Part shown: in pieces, positions 32,485 to 41,754 of the stretch
Position numbering within the stretch: position 1 is the stretch's first letter
How the letters are laid out: each line of letters begins with the position of its first letter
Assembly (NCBI GenBank): GCA_041658745.1
Contig: JBAZZP010000003.1
Coordinates: forward strand, 83,423-147,422
DNA: 64,000 nucleotides
From: Candidatus Margulisiibacteriota bacterium
Lineage (GTDB): Bacteria > Margulisbacteria > WOR-1 > O2-12-FULL-45-9
Reading direction: 5' to 3'
Program-made: the position numbers and the translations under genes
The notes under the pieces: model-generated
Seen by the model: only the letters and a program-made list of their open reading frames with translations
Database searches by the model: none
What the model was told of the DNA's origin: nothing

Positions 32485-34344
32485 ATGGCAATCGATAGAG
32501 AAATGGGCCTGCAGAGATTAAGATTTATTCTGCCCGGAAGGCATACACAGCCGATGCTGGCAACCCATCCTGCTCCAAGGACGGAAGGAGTTCCAACCAT
32601 TGCCGGCTTAGGCAGTCCTTTGCGGATTGCTACCCGTCCCCCTCTCTTTAAACCTTTATTGCAGAGAGAGTTTTTTGCAGCTTTAGCCACAGCTTTCCCT
32701 GCCTACCAATTAACCCCTGAAGTAGAAAAACAGCTAGGAGTTACTTATCCAAAACTAGCCGATCATGGCGATTATGCTATCCCCGTTTTTGCTCTGTCCA
32801 AAGCGATAAGACAAGCTCCTGCAACTATCGCCGAAAAAATTGCCTCCGAAATGCGCGCCAATCCGGACATTAACCGTTATTTCGATATTAATGTGATTAA
32901 TGGTTATATTAATTTCCGCTTTAGTGATGCTTTTTTGATGGCCTCTGCCACTTCCCTAGATTCAACTTTTGGGAATAACGATACTTTGGCGGGACAAACC
33001 ATTCAGGTTGAATGGGTCTCGGCTAATCCAACCGGACCGTTACACATTGGCCATGCTCGCTGGGCGGTGATGGGAGATTTACTTTGCAAAATGCTCGAAG
33101 CCTGTGGCGCAACTGTGCAACGCGAATTTTATGTTAATGACGCCGGCGCCCAGATTGAGCGCTTTAGGAAATCCGTCCAAGCCGCCAAAGAAGGAAGCGC
33201 CATCCCGGAAGATGGCTATCATGGACAATATATCTATGAAATTGCCAAACAAGGGGGAGACCCTGTTTTGCTTATGATGGAATATCAACGTCTTTCACTG
33301 GAAGCCATCGGTGTCCATTTTGATCGTTGGTTTTCGGAAAAAACCCTCTACATTCCCGATGCAGAAGGCAGAACGATGGTAGATAAGGGCTTAGCCATTT
33401 TAGAAGCTGCCCACTTAACCTACCGCGCCGCCGAAGGAGAACAGGTTGACGAAGAAATAAACGCTCCCGTAAACAGAAAAGGACAAGCCCAAACCGGAGA
33501 AGCCTTATGGTTTCGTTCTACCCAATTTGGTGACACTAAGGACAGAGTACTCATCAAGGCAAATGGCGCTGCAACCTACTTTTTAGGAGACATTGCTTAT
33601 CACTTAGATAAAGTTGGGCGTGGCTTTGATTTCTTGTTCAATATTTTAGGGGCCGACCACGGCGGTTATGTCGCCCGTCTTTCAGCTGCGATCCAGGCTT
33701 TATCTGACGGAAAACAAGGCCACCACATAATCATTGGCCAATTAGTTAAATTACTAAAGGAAGACCCCGATTCACACCAACTAGTAGAGGCCCGCATGTC
33801 AAAACGCACCGGCGAAATGGTCTCTTTGGGAGATATAACCGAAGCTATTGGGGCAGATGCGGTACGCGTTTTTATGGGGAGCGCCGGATTTGATACCGCC
33901 GTAAATATCAATTTGGATGTTGCTACCAAAAAGTCTTCTGATAATCCAGTATTTTACATCCAGTACGCCCACGCCCGCATTGCCCAGTTATTAAAAAAAG
34001 CACAGGAACAAGGCATCACTCCAGCCACAACCATTCCTGCCGATTATAGACTAAATACCGAAGAGAGAGCGCTATTAGCAGCTATCTACAAAATACCGGA
34101 TGAAATATTAGAGGCTGCTGATGCTCAGGCCACCCAGAGGATCCTTCAATTTACGATGGATCTGGCAACCCGCTTCCATGCTTTTTATCATGCGCACCAT
34201 ATTGTTAACGAACATGATTTGCCTACCAGCCAAGCAAGATTGGCTCTCTGCCAGGCAACTGCGCAAGTTCTTAAAAACGTTTTTGCTCTTATGGGGATTT
34301 CTGCACCAGAAGAAATGGCAGCCAGAGAAGAAGCACCAGTTTAA
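32485..34344 (+). CDS. argS: arginyl-tRNA synthetase with ~55-aa N-terminal extension
   Basis: Motifs SANPTGPLHIGHAR (HIGH) and MSKRTG (KMSK-like), plus the DALR anticodon-binding region. The ATG at 32485 has a strong AAGGGGGA SD. The track start at 32455 is also possible. Confidence 0.88.
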   Translation: MAIDREMGLQRLRFILPGRHTQPMLATHPAPRTEGVPTIAGLGSPLRIATRPPLFKPLLQREFFAALATAFPAYQLTPEVEKQLGVTYPKLADHGDYAIPVFALSKAIRQAPATIAEKIASEMRANPDINRYFDINVINGYINFRFSDAFLMASATSLDSTFGNNDTLAGQTIQVEWVSANPTGPLHIGHARWAVMGDLLCKMLEACGATVQREFYVNDAGAQIERFRKSVQAAKEGSAIPEDGYHGQYIYEIAKQGGDPVLLMMEYQRLSLEAIGVHFDRWFSEKTLYIPDAEGRTMVDKGLAILEAAHLTYRAAEGEQVDEEINAPVNRKGQAQTGEALWFRSTQFGDTKDRVLIKANGAATYFLGDIAYHLDKVGRGFDFLFNILGADHGGYVARLSAAIQALSDGKQGHHIIIGQLVKLLKEDPDSHQLVEARMSKRTGEMVSLGDITEAIGADAVRVFMGSAGFDTAVNINLDVATKKSSDNPVFYIQYAHARIAQLLKKAQEQGITPATTIPADYRLNTEERALLAAIYKIPDEILEAADAQATQRILQFTMDLATRFHAFYHAHHIVNEHDLPTSQARLALCQATAQVLKNVFALMGISAPEEMAAREEAPV

Positions 34345-34350
34345 TTATAT

Positions 34351-34962
34351 TTATCCAGCTTGAATATGCCGGACAAGCTCAATAATGCCATCGCTGATGA
34401 ACTGCACGGCGATGGCGGCAATGATAATAACCATAACCCTTGAAATGGCCTTAAAAAAAGGTCCACCAAGTTTGTTGTAGAAAACTTCTCCCCAATAGAG
34501 GGTCATGAAGCTTAAAAAGAAGTTAATTACTACCGCTATAGCTGTAGCAACAAAACCAACCGTCCCAATTAACACCATCGTAGTCGTAATTGCTCCCGGT
34601 CCAACCAGCAGCGGACAACCCATCGGCATTACACCAACATCTTGCGCCCCTTCTGGCTTGTGGTGTCCACGCACCAACAGCATAATGGCAATTGCCAAAA
34701 GTAAAATCCCACCAGCAATTTTAAAATCGCGAAGAGTAATATGAAAAATGTTGAGGATTAATGATCCAAAAAGGGCAAAGATGCTTAACAGGATAAAACC
34801 AAAGACCACCGCACTAATAAACTGCTTCAATCTTTCTTTTTCGTCCAGGTCGTCGGTAAGTCCCATAAAAATAGGCAAATTGCCCAGTGGGTCAGTGATC
34901 ACAAACAAAGCCGTGACCGCCTGCAATAAACCATACCAATTAAAATCCATCACGCCCAGCAT
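34351..34962 (-). CDS. MarC family (UPF0056) integral membrane protein
   Basis: 203 aa. Motif ITDPLGNLPIFMGLT, with six TM segments. Confidence 0.8.
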   Translation of the reverse strand: MLGVMDFNWYGLLQAVTALFVITDPLGNLPIFMGLTDDLDEKERLKQFISAVVFGFILLSIFALFGSLILNIFHITLRDFKIAGGILLLAIAIMLLVRGHHKPEGAQDVGVMPMGCPLLVGPGAITTTMVLIGTVGFVATAIAVVINFFLSFMTLYWGEVFYNKLGGPFFKAISRVMVIIIAAIAVQFISDGIIELVRHIQAG

Positions 34963-35015
34963 TATAACAGATGCGGACGCTAGTATGCTAGAATATCAAA
35001 GAAAGCAGGCAAAAT

Positions 35016-35474
35016 ATGATTTTTGATTCGCTAGAAAACCTAAAGAAATACAAAGGGATCCCCAATCTAGAAGATCTCCTTGAGTTTATTCAAAACCACT
35101 ACTTAGCTTCTCTGCCAGAAGGCGACATCGCCATCAAAGGCAAGGAATTATATGTAAAAGTTTTGCATTATTTACCAAAGGAAGTAAAAGAAAAGAAATT
35201 TGAAACCCATAAACTTTATGCTGACATACAGGTGATCATAAAAGGCTCTGAAAAAATATTACTGACAAACGAGAAAAACCTACACAAAATTACCGATTAT
35301 GATTCCAAAGATGATTATCAGCTTTTTTCATCCCAAAATGATATTTCCGAACTTATCATCGGCGAAAAGGAATTTGTTGTTTTTTTCCCGGGGGAAGCAC
35401 ATATGCCTGGCTGTCTTAATACTGACTTGAGTGCGCCTGTCATAAAGTTGGTTTTTAAATCTCAGTGCGGATAA
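35016..35474 (+). CDS. YhcH/YjgK/YiaL family (DUF386) protein
   Basis: 152 aa. N-terminus MIFDSLENLKKYKGI.., plus ..HKLYADIQVIIKGSE and FFPGEAHMPG. Confidence 0.7.
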   Translation: MIFDSLENLKKYKGIPNLEDLLEFIQNHYLASLPEGDIAIKGKELYVKVLHYLPKEVKEKKFETHKLYADIQVIIKGSEKILLTNEKNLHKITDYDSKDDYQLFSSQNDISELIIGEKEFVVFFPGEAHMPGCLNTDLSAPVIKLVFKSQCG

Positions 35475-35525
35475 AACAAACCTGACCGATTTACCTCTTC
35501 TTCCTTTTGGGTTAGAATTACAAAT

Positions 35526-37154
35526 ATGCAGCCAGAGCCAACCATTAAAATCCTCACCGAAGAACTAATCAACAAAATCGCTGCCGGAGAAGTGGTTGAG
35601 AGACCAGCCGCTGCGGTTAAAGAATTGGTTGAGAACTCGATTGACGCCGGCGCATCCAAAGTAAGCGTTGAAATTCAAGCAGCTGGCAGTAAACTAATCC
35701 GCGTTGCCGATAACGGCCGGGGAATGAGCCAAGAAGATTTAACTCTTGCGGTCCAACGCCATGCCACTTCCAAAATTAGCACCTTGGAAGACTTATTTAA
35801 CATTCAAACCCTGGGCTTTCGCGGAGAAGCGCTCTCCTCCATTGCCGCGGTTTCAAAATTTGATATCGAACAAAATCCTTCAGGACAAGGCGTTACCGTT
35901 ACGGCCAAAGACTTATTTTACAACACTCCCGCCCGCAAAAAGTTTTTAAAATCACCCTCGACCGAAATGGGACACATTGGCGACGTAGTTTCCAAATACG
36001 CCATGGCCTACCCAGAAATTGCCTTTGAATTAATTGTGGATGGAAAACCCCTCTTGCAATCCCCTGGATCAGGAAAACTAAAAGATGCCGTCTTGTCGGT
36101 TTACGGCTTAGAACTAGTTAAAGACTTGATTGCAATCGAAGGTAAAATTAACAACATTAAGGTCTCGGGCCTCATTAGTTTGCCCACTCTAACCCGGGTG
36201 GATAAAAATTATGAGAATTTTTTTGTCAACCGTCGTTTTGTAAAAAACTTCTTACTCAACCGGGCACTTGAAGACGCTTATCGTACTTTAATTCCCAATA
36301 ATCGTTATCCTGCAGCTATTGTCTTTATCGATGTCGATCCCAAACAAATCGATGTTAACGTCCACCCCACTAAACGCGAAATAAAGTTTGCCAATAATCA
36401 GGCCGTAATGGAAGCTGTTCGCACGGTTGTTCAGCAAGCCTTAGGCAACAAAACTCCCATACTCCATACTCCAAACTCCAATCTCCATACTCATTCCCAC
36501 TGGGATCCTCCGTGCCAGAAATGGGAACCAAGCATGGCTGACGTTCTCTTTCCGGTAGAGTGTGCGACTGGTGAAAATCTTCCTTTAAGGCCTGTTAGCA
36601 CTTACAAAGATACCTACATTATTACCACTGATGGAGAAGACCTGGTAATGATCGATCAGCACGCGGCTCACGAACGAGTGTTATACGACCGGCTCACAGC
36701 TCACAGCTCACAGCAAGCCCACGTTGAACAACAAACTTTGTTATTGCCCGAAAATATTGAGTTGGATACAAAAAGTTATTCAACAACCAAGGCAAATTTA
36801 GATTTACTGCGTGAGCTAGGCTTTGATTTGGAAGAGTTTGGCGGAAATGCCTTAATTTTACGCGCTGTTCCATCAATCTCGTCCAAGCTTAACCCTAAAC
36901 AACTCTTACTAGATATCGTGGCCGAATTAGACAATCTCGGCAAAAGCGTTCAAACCGAAACCAAACAAGAAAATATCCGCAAATTAATCGCTTGCCATAG
37001 TGCAGTCAAAGCAGGGGATAAATTATCCGCTCTCGAAATTAACCAACTGATCAAAGACCTTTATGCAACCCAAAACCCCATGACCTGCCCACACGGTCGA
37101 CCAATCATGTTTCGGATGACCGAAAACGAAATTAAAAAGAAATTTGCCCGCTAG
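35526..37154 (+). CDS. mutL: DNA mismatch repair protein MutL
   Basis: Motifs INKIAAGEVVERPAAAVKELVENSIDAG, DNGRGM, GFRGEAL, and C-terminal DQHAAHER and CPHGRP. Confidence 0.92.
   Translation: MQPEPTIKILTEELINKIAAGEVVERPAAAVKELVENSIDAGASKVSVEIQAAGSKLIRVADNGRGMSQEDLTLAVQRHATSKISTLEDLFNIQTLGFRGEALSSIAAVSKFDIEQNPSGQGVTVTAKDLFYNTPARKKFLKSPSTEMGHIGDVVSKYAMAYPEIAFELIVDGKPLLQSPGSGKLKDAVLSVYGLELVKDLIAIEGKINNIKVSGLISLPTLTRVDKNYENFFVNRRFVKNFLLNRALEDAYRTLIPNNRYPAAIVFIDVDPKQIDVNVHPTKREIKFANNQAVMEAVRTVVQQALGNKTPILHTPNSNLHTHSHWDPPCQKWEPSMADVLFPVECATGENLPLRPVSTYKDTYIITTDGEDLVMIDQHAAHERVLYDRLTAHSSQQAHVEQQTLLLPENIELDTKSYSTTKANLDLLRELGFDLEEFGGNALILRAVPSISSKLNPKQLLLDIVAELDNLGKSVQTETKQENIRKLIACHSAVKAGDKLSALEINQLIKDLYATQNPMTCPHGRPIMFRMTENEIKKKFAR
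36453..36500. repeat. degenerate heptamer array (ACTCCAN x6) in the mutL linker
   Basis: Reads actcccat actccat actccaa actccaa tctccat actcatt, encoding ..TPILHTPNSNLHTHSH.. Confidence 0.75.
36692..36712. repeat. perfect (GCTCACA)x3 tandem heptamer in the mutL C-terminal domain
   Basis: Reads gctcaca gctcaca gctcaca. The 21 nt stay in frame and encode LTAHSSQ. Confidence 0.9.
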
Positions 37155-37253
37155 TGTAGGGGATCTCGACACTGCTGCTGTCTAAAAATCGTCGTTTTTG
37201 TTTTACTTAGCCTTGACCAGAGCTGATTAGGCTTGGCAATACAATTGCTAGGG

Positions 37254-37448
37254 ATTGAATATCTGGTGATCAGGAAATCTGGGAAGGGAGATCGGGGAAT
37301 CAGGATATCTGGATAGGGAAATCAAGACAGTAGAAAATTATAGATTTGAATAATTATTATGAAAATACGGTCTTAAAGGTTTATTTCCCCCTAATTTCCA
37401 GATGCCCGGATTCCCCTTTCCTGATTCCCCGATCCCCAGATACCCAAT
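37254..37448. repeat. 195-bp imperfect inverted repeat built from ATCNGGRN octamer arrays (MITE-like or cruciform-prone element)
   Basis: The left arm 37254-37322 and the reverse complement of the right arm 37383-37448 both read attgRRt-atctggNg-atcNggRa-..-agggRR-..-gggaaat. A 60-nt AT-rich spacer separates them. Confidence 0.7.
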
Positions 37449-37455
37449 AGCATAT

Positions 37456-37485
37456 TTGACAGCTCAACCCATGCTCTGTTACCAT
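37456..37485 (+). promoter_or_regulatory. sigma-70-like promoter candidate for topA
   Basis: TTGACA (37456-37461), then 17-18 nt, then TTACCAT. This is about 25 nt upstream of the ATG at 37509. Confidence 0.35.
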
Positions 37486-37508
37486 CTTATCAGAAGCGCA
37501 AATAATTT

Positions 37509-39668
37509 ATGGCTAAGAAACAAACAAAATTAGTGATCGTTGAGTCTCCTTCTAAGGCCAACACCTTAAAGAAGTTCTTGGGGAGCGAATATACAGTAGA
37601 GGCCTCTGCCGGACATGTTATTGATCTTCCGCCAAAGTCGCTGGGAGTTAATGTTGAAAAAGACTTTACGCCAACCTACAAAACCATTAAAGGCAAAGAG
37701 AAAATCATCAAGCACTTGCAGGAAGCCGCCAAAAACGCCAGCGTAATTCTACTGGCTCCCGATCCGGATCGCGAAGGGGAAGCAATCGCATGGCACCTTT
37801 CAACAGCTCTGGGCAAAAACAAAAACATCAAACGAATAGAATTTCACGAAATCACCAAAGATGCCGTTCTATTTGCCGTTAAACATCCTAGAGAAATCGA
37901 TATGGATCGGGTCAATGCCCAGCAAGCCCGGCGAATACTGGATCGTTTGGTCGGTTACAAAATTAGCCCCCTCCTCTGGCGTAAAGTCCGCAAGGGTCTT
38001 TCGGCTGGCAGAGTCCAATCGGTGGCCGTCCGCTTAATTTGTGAACGCGAAGACCTAATCAATGCCTTTAAAGCTCAAGAATATTGGACTATTATTGCCA
38101 ATTTAGCAAACAATAGTAAAGTCGAGTTTTCTGCTCGTCTAATTTCCAAAGACGGGGAAGCCCTCGGTGGCCGCCCACAAGAAAAAACCAAAATTGTCGT
38201 TTCAGAGGCGGAAGCCAAACAAATTTTAAGTGAATTAGATGGGGCACAATATACTATTTCCCAAATTACCAAAAAAGAATCTCGCCGTTATCCCACCCCA
38301 CCCTTTATCACCAGTACGCTCCAGCAAGAAGCATCTCGCAAACTGGGCTTTTCAGCCAAAAGAACTATGATGCTGGCTCAGAAACTGTACGAAGGGATGG
38401 ATTTAAAAGACGAAGGCAGGCACGGCTTAATCACCTATATGCGTACCGACTCAGTCCGTATTGCCACCGAGGCCGAAACAGCCGTCCGCAAATATATTGT
38501 TGAAAATTTTGGCAAAGAATTTATTCCCGCTCAACCCCTTCACTACAAAAAAAAGAAACAGGCCCAAGATGCCCACGAAGCTATTCGCCCAACCTCTGTC
38601 CTGCGCTCTCCGGAGAAAATCAAAGAAAGCTTAGGGCCAGATGAATATAAACTATACGATTTGATTTGGAAAAGGTTTGTCGCCTGTCAGATGGAAGCCG
38701 CAATTTTTGATCAAACCGCCGCCGACATTGCGGCCAAAAACTATTTATTCCGCGCCAATGGATCAGTCATCAAATTTGAAGGATTTTTAAAAGTTTACAT
38801 GGAAAGCACCGATGAGGACACCCCACAAGAAACTGAAGGACTTTTACCCGAATTAAACGAAAAAGAATTACTAACATTATTAAAATTATTACCAGAACAA
38901 CATTTTACCGAACCGCCTGCCCGCTACAACGAAGCCTCCCTCGTCAAAGAACTGGAAAAAAGAGGGATTGGACGACCATCAACCTACGCCCCCATTATTG
39001 CTACTATCCAAGATCGCGGCTATGTTGAAAAAGAAGGGAAAGCTCTAAAGCCAACCGAAATTGGAGTAACAACCAACACCTTATTGGTGAAACATTTTCC
39101 ACAAATCCTGGACATCAAATTTACCGCCCAAATGGAAGATGAACTGGATGACGTGGCAGAAGCAAAAATTAACTGGGTTAAGGCCTTAAAAGACTTCTAT
39201 GAGCCATTTGCCGCTGCCCTTTCACTAGCTGAAGTAAAAATGGAGAAGGTAAAAAAAGAAATTGCCACTGACGAGGTTTGCCCTACCTGTGGCAAACCCC
39301 TTATTATCCGTGAAGGGCGCTATGGCAATTTTATTGCTTGCTCCGGCTACCCTAAATGCAAATATACAAAGCCCACCAAAGAGGACGAAGTAAAAGTAAC
39401 TGAGGTCTGTGAAAAATGCGGGAAACCGATGGTCATGAAGCATAGTCGTTTTGGCAGTTTTCTAGCTTGCTCTGGATATCCAAACTGCAAAAACACCAAA
39501 AATATCATAAAAAAGATAGACGCCAAATGTCCCAAGTGCGGTGGAGATATATCCGAAAGAAGGACTCGGCGCGGCAAGATCTTTTATGGCTGCAGCAACT
39601 GGCCCAAATGCGACTTTGCCACTTGGCAGCGGCCAGCTCCAGAAAAGAAAGAAGGGGAAAATGCTTAA
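37509..39668 (+). CDS. topA: DNA topoisomerase I
   Basis: Toprim N-terminus KLVIVESPSKA, active-site region YMRTDS, and three C-terminal C4 zinc ribbons (CPTCGKPL.., CEKCGKPM.., CPKCGG..). Confidence 0.93.
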   Translation: MAKKQTKLVIVESPSKANTLKKFLGSEYTVEASAGHVIDLPPKSLGVNVEKDFTPTYKTIKGKEKIIKHLQEAAKNASVILLAPDPDREGEAIAWHLSTALGKNKNIKRIEFHEITKDAVLFAVKHPREIDMDRVNAQQARRILDRLVGYKISPLLWRKVRKGLSAGRVQSVAVRLICEREDLINAFKAQEYWTIIANLANNSKVEFSARLISKDGEALGGRPQEKTKIVVSEAEAKQILSELDGAQYTISQITKKESRRYPTPPFITSTLQQEASRKLGFSAKRTMMLAQKLYEGMDLKDEGRHGLITYMRTDSVRIATEAETAVRKYIVENFGKEFIPAQPLHYKKKKQAQDAHEAIRPTSVLRSPEKIKESLGPDEYKLYDLIWKRFVACQMEAAIFDQTAADIAAKNYLFRANGSVIKFEGFLKVYMESTDEDTPQETEGLLPELNEKELLTLLKLLPEQHFTEPPARYNEASLVKELEKRGIGRPSTYAPIIATIQDRGYVEKEGKALKPTEIGVTTNTLLVKHFPQILDIKFTAQMEDELDDVAEAKINWVKALKDFYEPFAAALSLAEVKMEKVKKEIATDEVCPTCGKPLIIREGRYGNFIACSGYPKCKYTKPTKEDEVKVTEVCEKCGKPMVMKHSRFGSFLACSGYPNCKNTKNIIKKIDAKCPKCGGDISERRTRRGKIFYGCSNWPKCDFATWQRPAPEKKEGENA

Positions 39669-39766
39669 AACTTTTTTTACCCGTAACTTAAACATAAAGT
39701 TCTTGGCCGTTTTCCTATCAATATTACTTTGGTCAATTGCCCGTTTTTGGGGAATAAGATAAATAG

Positions 39767-40615
39767 ATGCGCACAATCAAAGACCCAAAAGAAATGTTTG
39801 CTTTTTCCCAGCGAGCCAAAAACCATGGCAAGACAATTGGCTTTGTGCCAACTATGGGTTCCTTACACGAAGGGCATCTTTCCTTGGTTGCCGAAGCCAA
39901 AAAGAGAGCGGATCTTGTAGTTGTTAGCATCTTTGTTAATCCATTACAGTTTTCGCAAAATGAGGACTTCAAACAATACCCCCGCAACCAAAAACATGAT
40001 AGCAAATTACTGGACAATTTCGCCGTAGACGCCCTTTTTATTCCTGAAGCGTCCAAAATGTATGCGGACAAGTTTACCACCACCGTGGACGTTGGCGATC
40101 TCGGCAAGAAAATGTGCGGCAAATCGCGCCCCCATCACTTCAAGGGCGTAGCCACAATTGTTACCAAACTATTTAATATAGTATGCCCCAATTTTGTTTT
40201 CTTTGGTGAAAAAGACTACCAACAATTTATTATCATAAAACAATTAGTTCAAGACCTAAATCTGCCGATAGAGGTTATTGGCCTGCCAATTGTGCGTGAT
40301 TTCGATGGGCTAGCTCTTTCCTCCCGCAATAAAAATTTAAATGATAAAGAAAGAAAATCGGCAACCATAATTAGCAAGGCCCTTTCCACTGCCCGCGCTG
40401 AGATAGAGGCCGGGGAAAGAGACCCCAACAAAATCCTCTTCCGCATGCGCTCCCTGATTGGCAGTGAACCGGTAGTGCGAATCGATTATATTACGATTGC
40501 TAATCCTATTACCTTAGAAGAAACCAAAACCATAAAAGGCAAATTATTGATAGCGATTGCCGCCCATGTTGGCAACACTCGCTTGATAGACAATATTCAG
40601 CTCTATATAAAATGA
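39767..40615 (+). CDS. panC: pantoate--beta-alanine ligase
   Basis: Motifs GFVPTMGSLHEGHLSLV, VSIFVNPLQF and GEKDYQQ. Confidence 0.92.
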   Translation: MRTIKDPKEMFAFSQRAKNHGKTIGFVPTMGSLHEGHLSLVAEAKKRADLVVVSIFVNPLQFSQNEDFKQYPRNQKHDSKLLDNFAVDALFIPEASKMYADKFTTTVDVGDLGKKMCGKSRPHHFKGVATIVTKLFNIVCPNFVFFGEKDYQQFIIIKQLVQDLNLPIEVIGLPIVRDFDGLALSSRNKNLNDKERKSATIISKALSTARAEIEAGERDPNKILFRMRSLIGSEPVVRIDYITIANPITLEETKTIKGKLLIAIAAHVGNTRLIDNIQLYIK

Positions 40616-40992
40616 CCTCCTCTGCGAAAAAAGGGTTCAGTTTATTAGAGTGCTTAATTGTTGTTGGAATTTTGGGGATTCTCCTTACAATTAGCCTTCC
40701 GACCTTAAAGCAATATCGCGAATCGGTTATTCTGAATGCCTCTGCAATAGCCTTAGCCAGCGACCTTCGAGCGCTGCAAAACCAGGCAATGTTAAACCAT
40801 GGAATTGCCAGGCTTTCTTTGTCAGCTTTAAAGCCCCCTGCTCCAATAAAGATTTTATCTTTCTCATCCATTGCATTTTCTCCGTCCGGACTTCCCATCG
40901 TTGGCGGCAGCGGGACAATTGTATTGGGTAGCTCAGCCAGCATAAGCAAAAAGATAATTGTTTCTTCCCTGGGGAGGATCCGCATTGAATAA
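40612..40992 (+). CDS. prepilin-type N-terminal cleavage/methylation domain protein (GspH/FimT-like pseudopilin)
   Basis: KKGFSLLECLIVVGILGILL. Its ATG overlaps the panC stop (ATGA). Confidence 0.75.
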   Translation: MTSSAKKGFSLLECLIVVGILGILLTISLPTLKQYRESVILNASAIALASDLRALQNQAMLNHGIARLSLSALKPPAPIKILSFSSIAFSPSGLPIVGGSGTIVLGSSASISKKIIVSSLGRIRIE

Positions 40993-41329
40993 CCAAAAAG
41001 GCTTTACTCTAATTGAGATGTTAACTGCTTTTGCCCTGCTTATTTGTATCAGCATGGGTCTCAACTATTTACTAAAAAGCGGCAAATGCGCCATTTCATC
41101 TGCCACGAAACAGCGTCAGGCAATATATGCCGCTCAATCAAAGATGGAAGAAATAAGAGCTGTCCCCTTTTCTAGTTTGGCAGCATTCAACAAAAATTCT
41201 TTTGCCGATGGAAAGGGGAGAATTAGCATTAATTCAGTTGCTTCAAATCTTATGCTAATAACCCTTGAAATGCAGTGGTCAGCCAATAAAAGACCCCTGC
41301 GATTAACTACCTTAAGGAGCAATTTGTGA
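40985..41329 (+). CDS. prepilin-type pseudopilin
   Basis: A TTG start at 40985 gives (M)NNQKGFTLIEMLTAFALLI and overlaps the previous stop. Confidence 0.7.
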   Translation: MNNQKGFTLIEMLTAFALLICISMGLNYLLKSGKCAISSATKQRQAIYAAQSKMEEIRAVPFSSLAAFNKNSFADGKGRISINSVASNLMLITLEMQWSANKRPLRLTTLRSNL

Positions 41330-41754
41330 TGCGCAAAGGCTTTAGCTTGGTAGAAATGATTATCGCCCTTAGTCTTTTTGCGTGCTTATTTTGCAGTTTA
41401 TATTATTTTACTGGCCAATCTATCCGTTTTTGGCAACGAGCGGCAGATAATTGCTCCCACCAGCAGACCGAAAACTTTGTTTTGGAGCAAATCATAACAG
41501 CAGTCCGCCAATCCGATCAAATTATGCCAACTTCAAGCACCTCGACATTAATTCTTTCCAGCGAAGGGGAAAACCTGCAATATTCATTAACAAACCACAA
41601 AGTCCAACGCAAAAAAAACGGATCCATTGGTTATCTGACGGATGAAAATGAAATTAACCAATTGTCGTTTGCCTATCCTTCCGCCAAGCGAGTTCAAATT
41701 TCCCTTGAAACAGTTTCAGCAGAAGCATATATGAGAAATGGCAATGAAAACTAA
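41326..41754 (+). CDS. prepilin-type pseudopilin
   Basis: MMRKGFSLVEMIIALSLFACLF. AAGGAG SD lies at 41314-41319. Confidence 0.7.
   Translation: MMRKGFSLVEMIIALSLFACLFCSLYYFTGQSIRFWQRAADNCSHQQTENFVLEQIITAVRQSDQIMPTSSTSTLILSSEGENLQYSLTNHKVQRKKNGSIGYLTDENEINQLSFAYPSAKRVQISLETVSAEAYMRNGNEN

Noticed and set aside
26696-34344. Elevated GC content of the island as evidence for horizontal transfer.
   Set aside because: Hand counts of a few 60-nt rows gave roughly 50-58% GC in the MBL, M20, arginase and argS genes, against roughly 40-50% in sampled housekeeping rows. The sampling is tiny, some housekeeping rows also reach 50%, and argS shares the trend. A proper sliding-window GC and codon-usage calculation is needed before claiming HGT.
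37254-37448. The octamer arrays and inverted repeat, considered as a CRISPR array, an oriC or a T-box/riboswitch.
   Set aside because: The units are 6-9 nt with no spacers, which is far too short for CRISPR. There are no DnaA boxes (TTATCCACA-like) and no dnaA/dnaN context. No T-box or known riboswitch consensus was recognised.
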